A stretch of DNA of 64,000 nt from Lytechinus pictus (Eukaryota). Positions 62,166-64,000 of the stretch are shown in pieces (the stretch's first letter is position 1; each line of letters opens with the position of its first letter). The position numbers were made by a program, and so were the translations under genes. The stretch is taken from contig NC_087249.1 of assembly GCF_037042905.1 (NCBI RefSeq), forward strand, positions 42,098,001-42,162,000, read 5' to 3'. The notes beneath the pieces were generated by a model. The model was not told the DNA's origin. It did no database searches and saw only the letters and a list, made by a program, of their open reading frames with translations.

Positions 62166-64000
62166 AAATTCTGCGAATGCAGAAGTGCCTTATGATAGCT
62201 CCACTGGAAGCTTTGCTAATGCCTGGGTAATAATATAGATGGCACTTCGAAACATTCATATGAAGCTGCATGTATATGAATGTTTCTATCCTCAAACTAG
62301 TATTTACTTAAGAAATTATCAAGGAATAGGCCAATAGGAACAAGATACATGTTGTACGGAAAGTTATTATATGTGGAAACAGATCTATGAGGAAAGAAAA
62401 TACAAGGAGAAGAGAGCAGAGTTGAAACCGTCAGAGATGTAAAGACAGAAGGGATACCAGACAGTATGCAGACTGATAGTCATATCACATTCAGCGATTC
62501 CGAGATTAATTTGACCAGAACAAACAGGTGTAATTGGGAATAAAGAGTGTATTCAGTTTGGCCGACAGACAGTCATTTTTTACTTTCATTTCTTTGAATG
62601 TCTCATGTTTGATTATAACATGGCCTAGCCATGGTAAAGAAAGAGACTGCTGGTTTTTCGTAAAGTCCTTCTTGAAACAAAAATGCAAAGAATATTCTAA
62701 GCATGGAAAGTGGAACAGAATGTGGTATGATCATGTTTGAAAAGAGAGTTTGTTATAGATGAAGATGAGGATAGATGATGCGCTGAATTAAGCAAAGTGA
62801 AGGAGGGGACAATGCTGTATTCACAACTTTTTTTTAAACAAATAATATAAAGAATGGTTAGTTTTTGTATTGTAAACTTGGAGAATGGGGACGATTCCCC
62901 ATCCCTCTCCTTATCTTTCCCTAGCAAAATATAAGATGATACAGAAGGGCATTAGTAATAATATTGAATGAATATCGGGTCAATGATTAGGTTAGGGTTA
63001 TATGCTCCAAGGGATAATCTTTCAGCCTTCTGGTCCAAAGAACAACCAAGTTCGATATTGAAATGATGATCTGACCCTCTATGTTTTATGTATTACATTA
63101 ATTTTTTTATGAAGTTTCATATACGTGGTTATATCTGTTAATCAGCGCTAAGCATAGGGGAAAAAGTATTATCATTATATAGCTTTACTATTTTGGTGCA
63201 GTTTTGGTGCAATGTAGGGTATGTTTTTTGCATGAACAGAGGGTTGACATCCCAACAGGAAAAAAAATTCTCCATCTGATTAATATTTGTCTTCATCTAA
63301 TTAATTTGAATCCTTCTTGATTTTGAACAACTACCAAACCATTTAGTCATCTGTCTAGCTGTTGGTCTATCGCTGCTATTGCTAGGGGTACAATCCCAGA
63401 GTTCAGTAAAGAGAGAGGAGGAGGAGTATCTGCCATGTCTTATCCCAAAGTCGGTCCATCCTGGTTGCACGCATGCATTTGTGCAGCAGGGTCGGGTCCC
63501 TTGGAAGCGGGGTAAGCCAATTGGTTGAGATGTGTGGGGTGGCTCTACTCGCAATGTTTGTATACACGTCAAGTGACCCAGACTCTTCCCTGGTGACATA
63601 CATGTCAGCTCCTATGGGAACACGCTTAATCGTTGTCACTGGGCTCTCAAAACCTTGTATCTCGTAATGTACAAGTTTGAAGACAGTTCAGAAAAAAGTC
63701 TTTGAGTTGTGATATAAGTGGCAACCTTCTTTTTCCTAGAATTGATTATCTATGAGAATTAGGAAACTGTTTTCATGCAATGTGAGGTTGTTGCCTTTGT
63801 CACCATTGCCATATTTCTATTTTTAAAAAGTTATTTTTTAGATGGCTGCCTTCACCATTTTAAATTTTGAGATATGAGGTTTTTCAGCCAAGCATGCAAC
63901 ATTATAGAAGTGTGAAAGTTGAGTACAACATCTGGCCAACATTTGACGAGTTGAACTTAAACGCTGAGAAGTTGGGTCAGCTTTTTTAGCATCTCGTTAT

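Larger units (their letters stand above)
9184..64000 (+). other. Very large first intron of the MICU-like gene (more than 54 kb, runs off the window)
   Basis: GTAAGT donor at 9184. No exon encoding the expected MICU R.RF..F.S......YMTP.DF motif was found by eye downstream. The sequence is repeat-rich and CpG-depleted. Small exons could have been missed. Confidence 0.6.

Noticed and set aside
9184-64000. Autonomous transposase or reverse transcriptase gene
   Set aside because: No ORF in the track shows DDE transposase or RT motifs; all elements seen are short and non-autonomous.

Overview
Eukaryotic (animal) genomic DNA, AT-rich with poly-G/poly-C runs and two assembly gaps. The genes and repeats suggest a sea urchin or related echinoderm (inference). 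Two divergently transcribed genes each show only their first coding exon: an FGF ligand of the FGF9/16/20 (sea urchin FGF-A) type on the minus strand (1409-2117), and a mitochondrial-targeted protein most like MICU2/MICU3 (EFHA1/2) on the plus strand (8950-9183). This head-to-head pair matches the vertebrate FGF9-MICU2 and FGF20-MICU3 arrangement. The remaining ~55 kb appears to be one very large first intron of the MICU-like gene. It holds about 25 non-autonomous DNA transposons (Harbinger-, Kolobok-, piggyBac-, hAT-, CACTA- and Tc1/mariner-like, some nested), tRNA-derived SINEs, minisatellites and several CpG-retaining non-repeat islands that could be FGF enhancers. The most unusual signal is a dense set of 8-bp TA-[4-bp palindrome]-TA words (TACATGTA, TAGGCCTA, TACCGGTA, TACTAGTA, TAGATCTA). 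Alignment of paralogous repeat copies shows several are 6-bp insertions at TA sites, the structure of Tc1/mariner-type excision footprints, and they are concentrated in the MICU transcription unit. No transposase ORF, rRNA, true tRNA or CRISPR array was found. All counts were made by eye.
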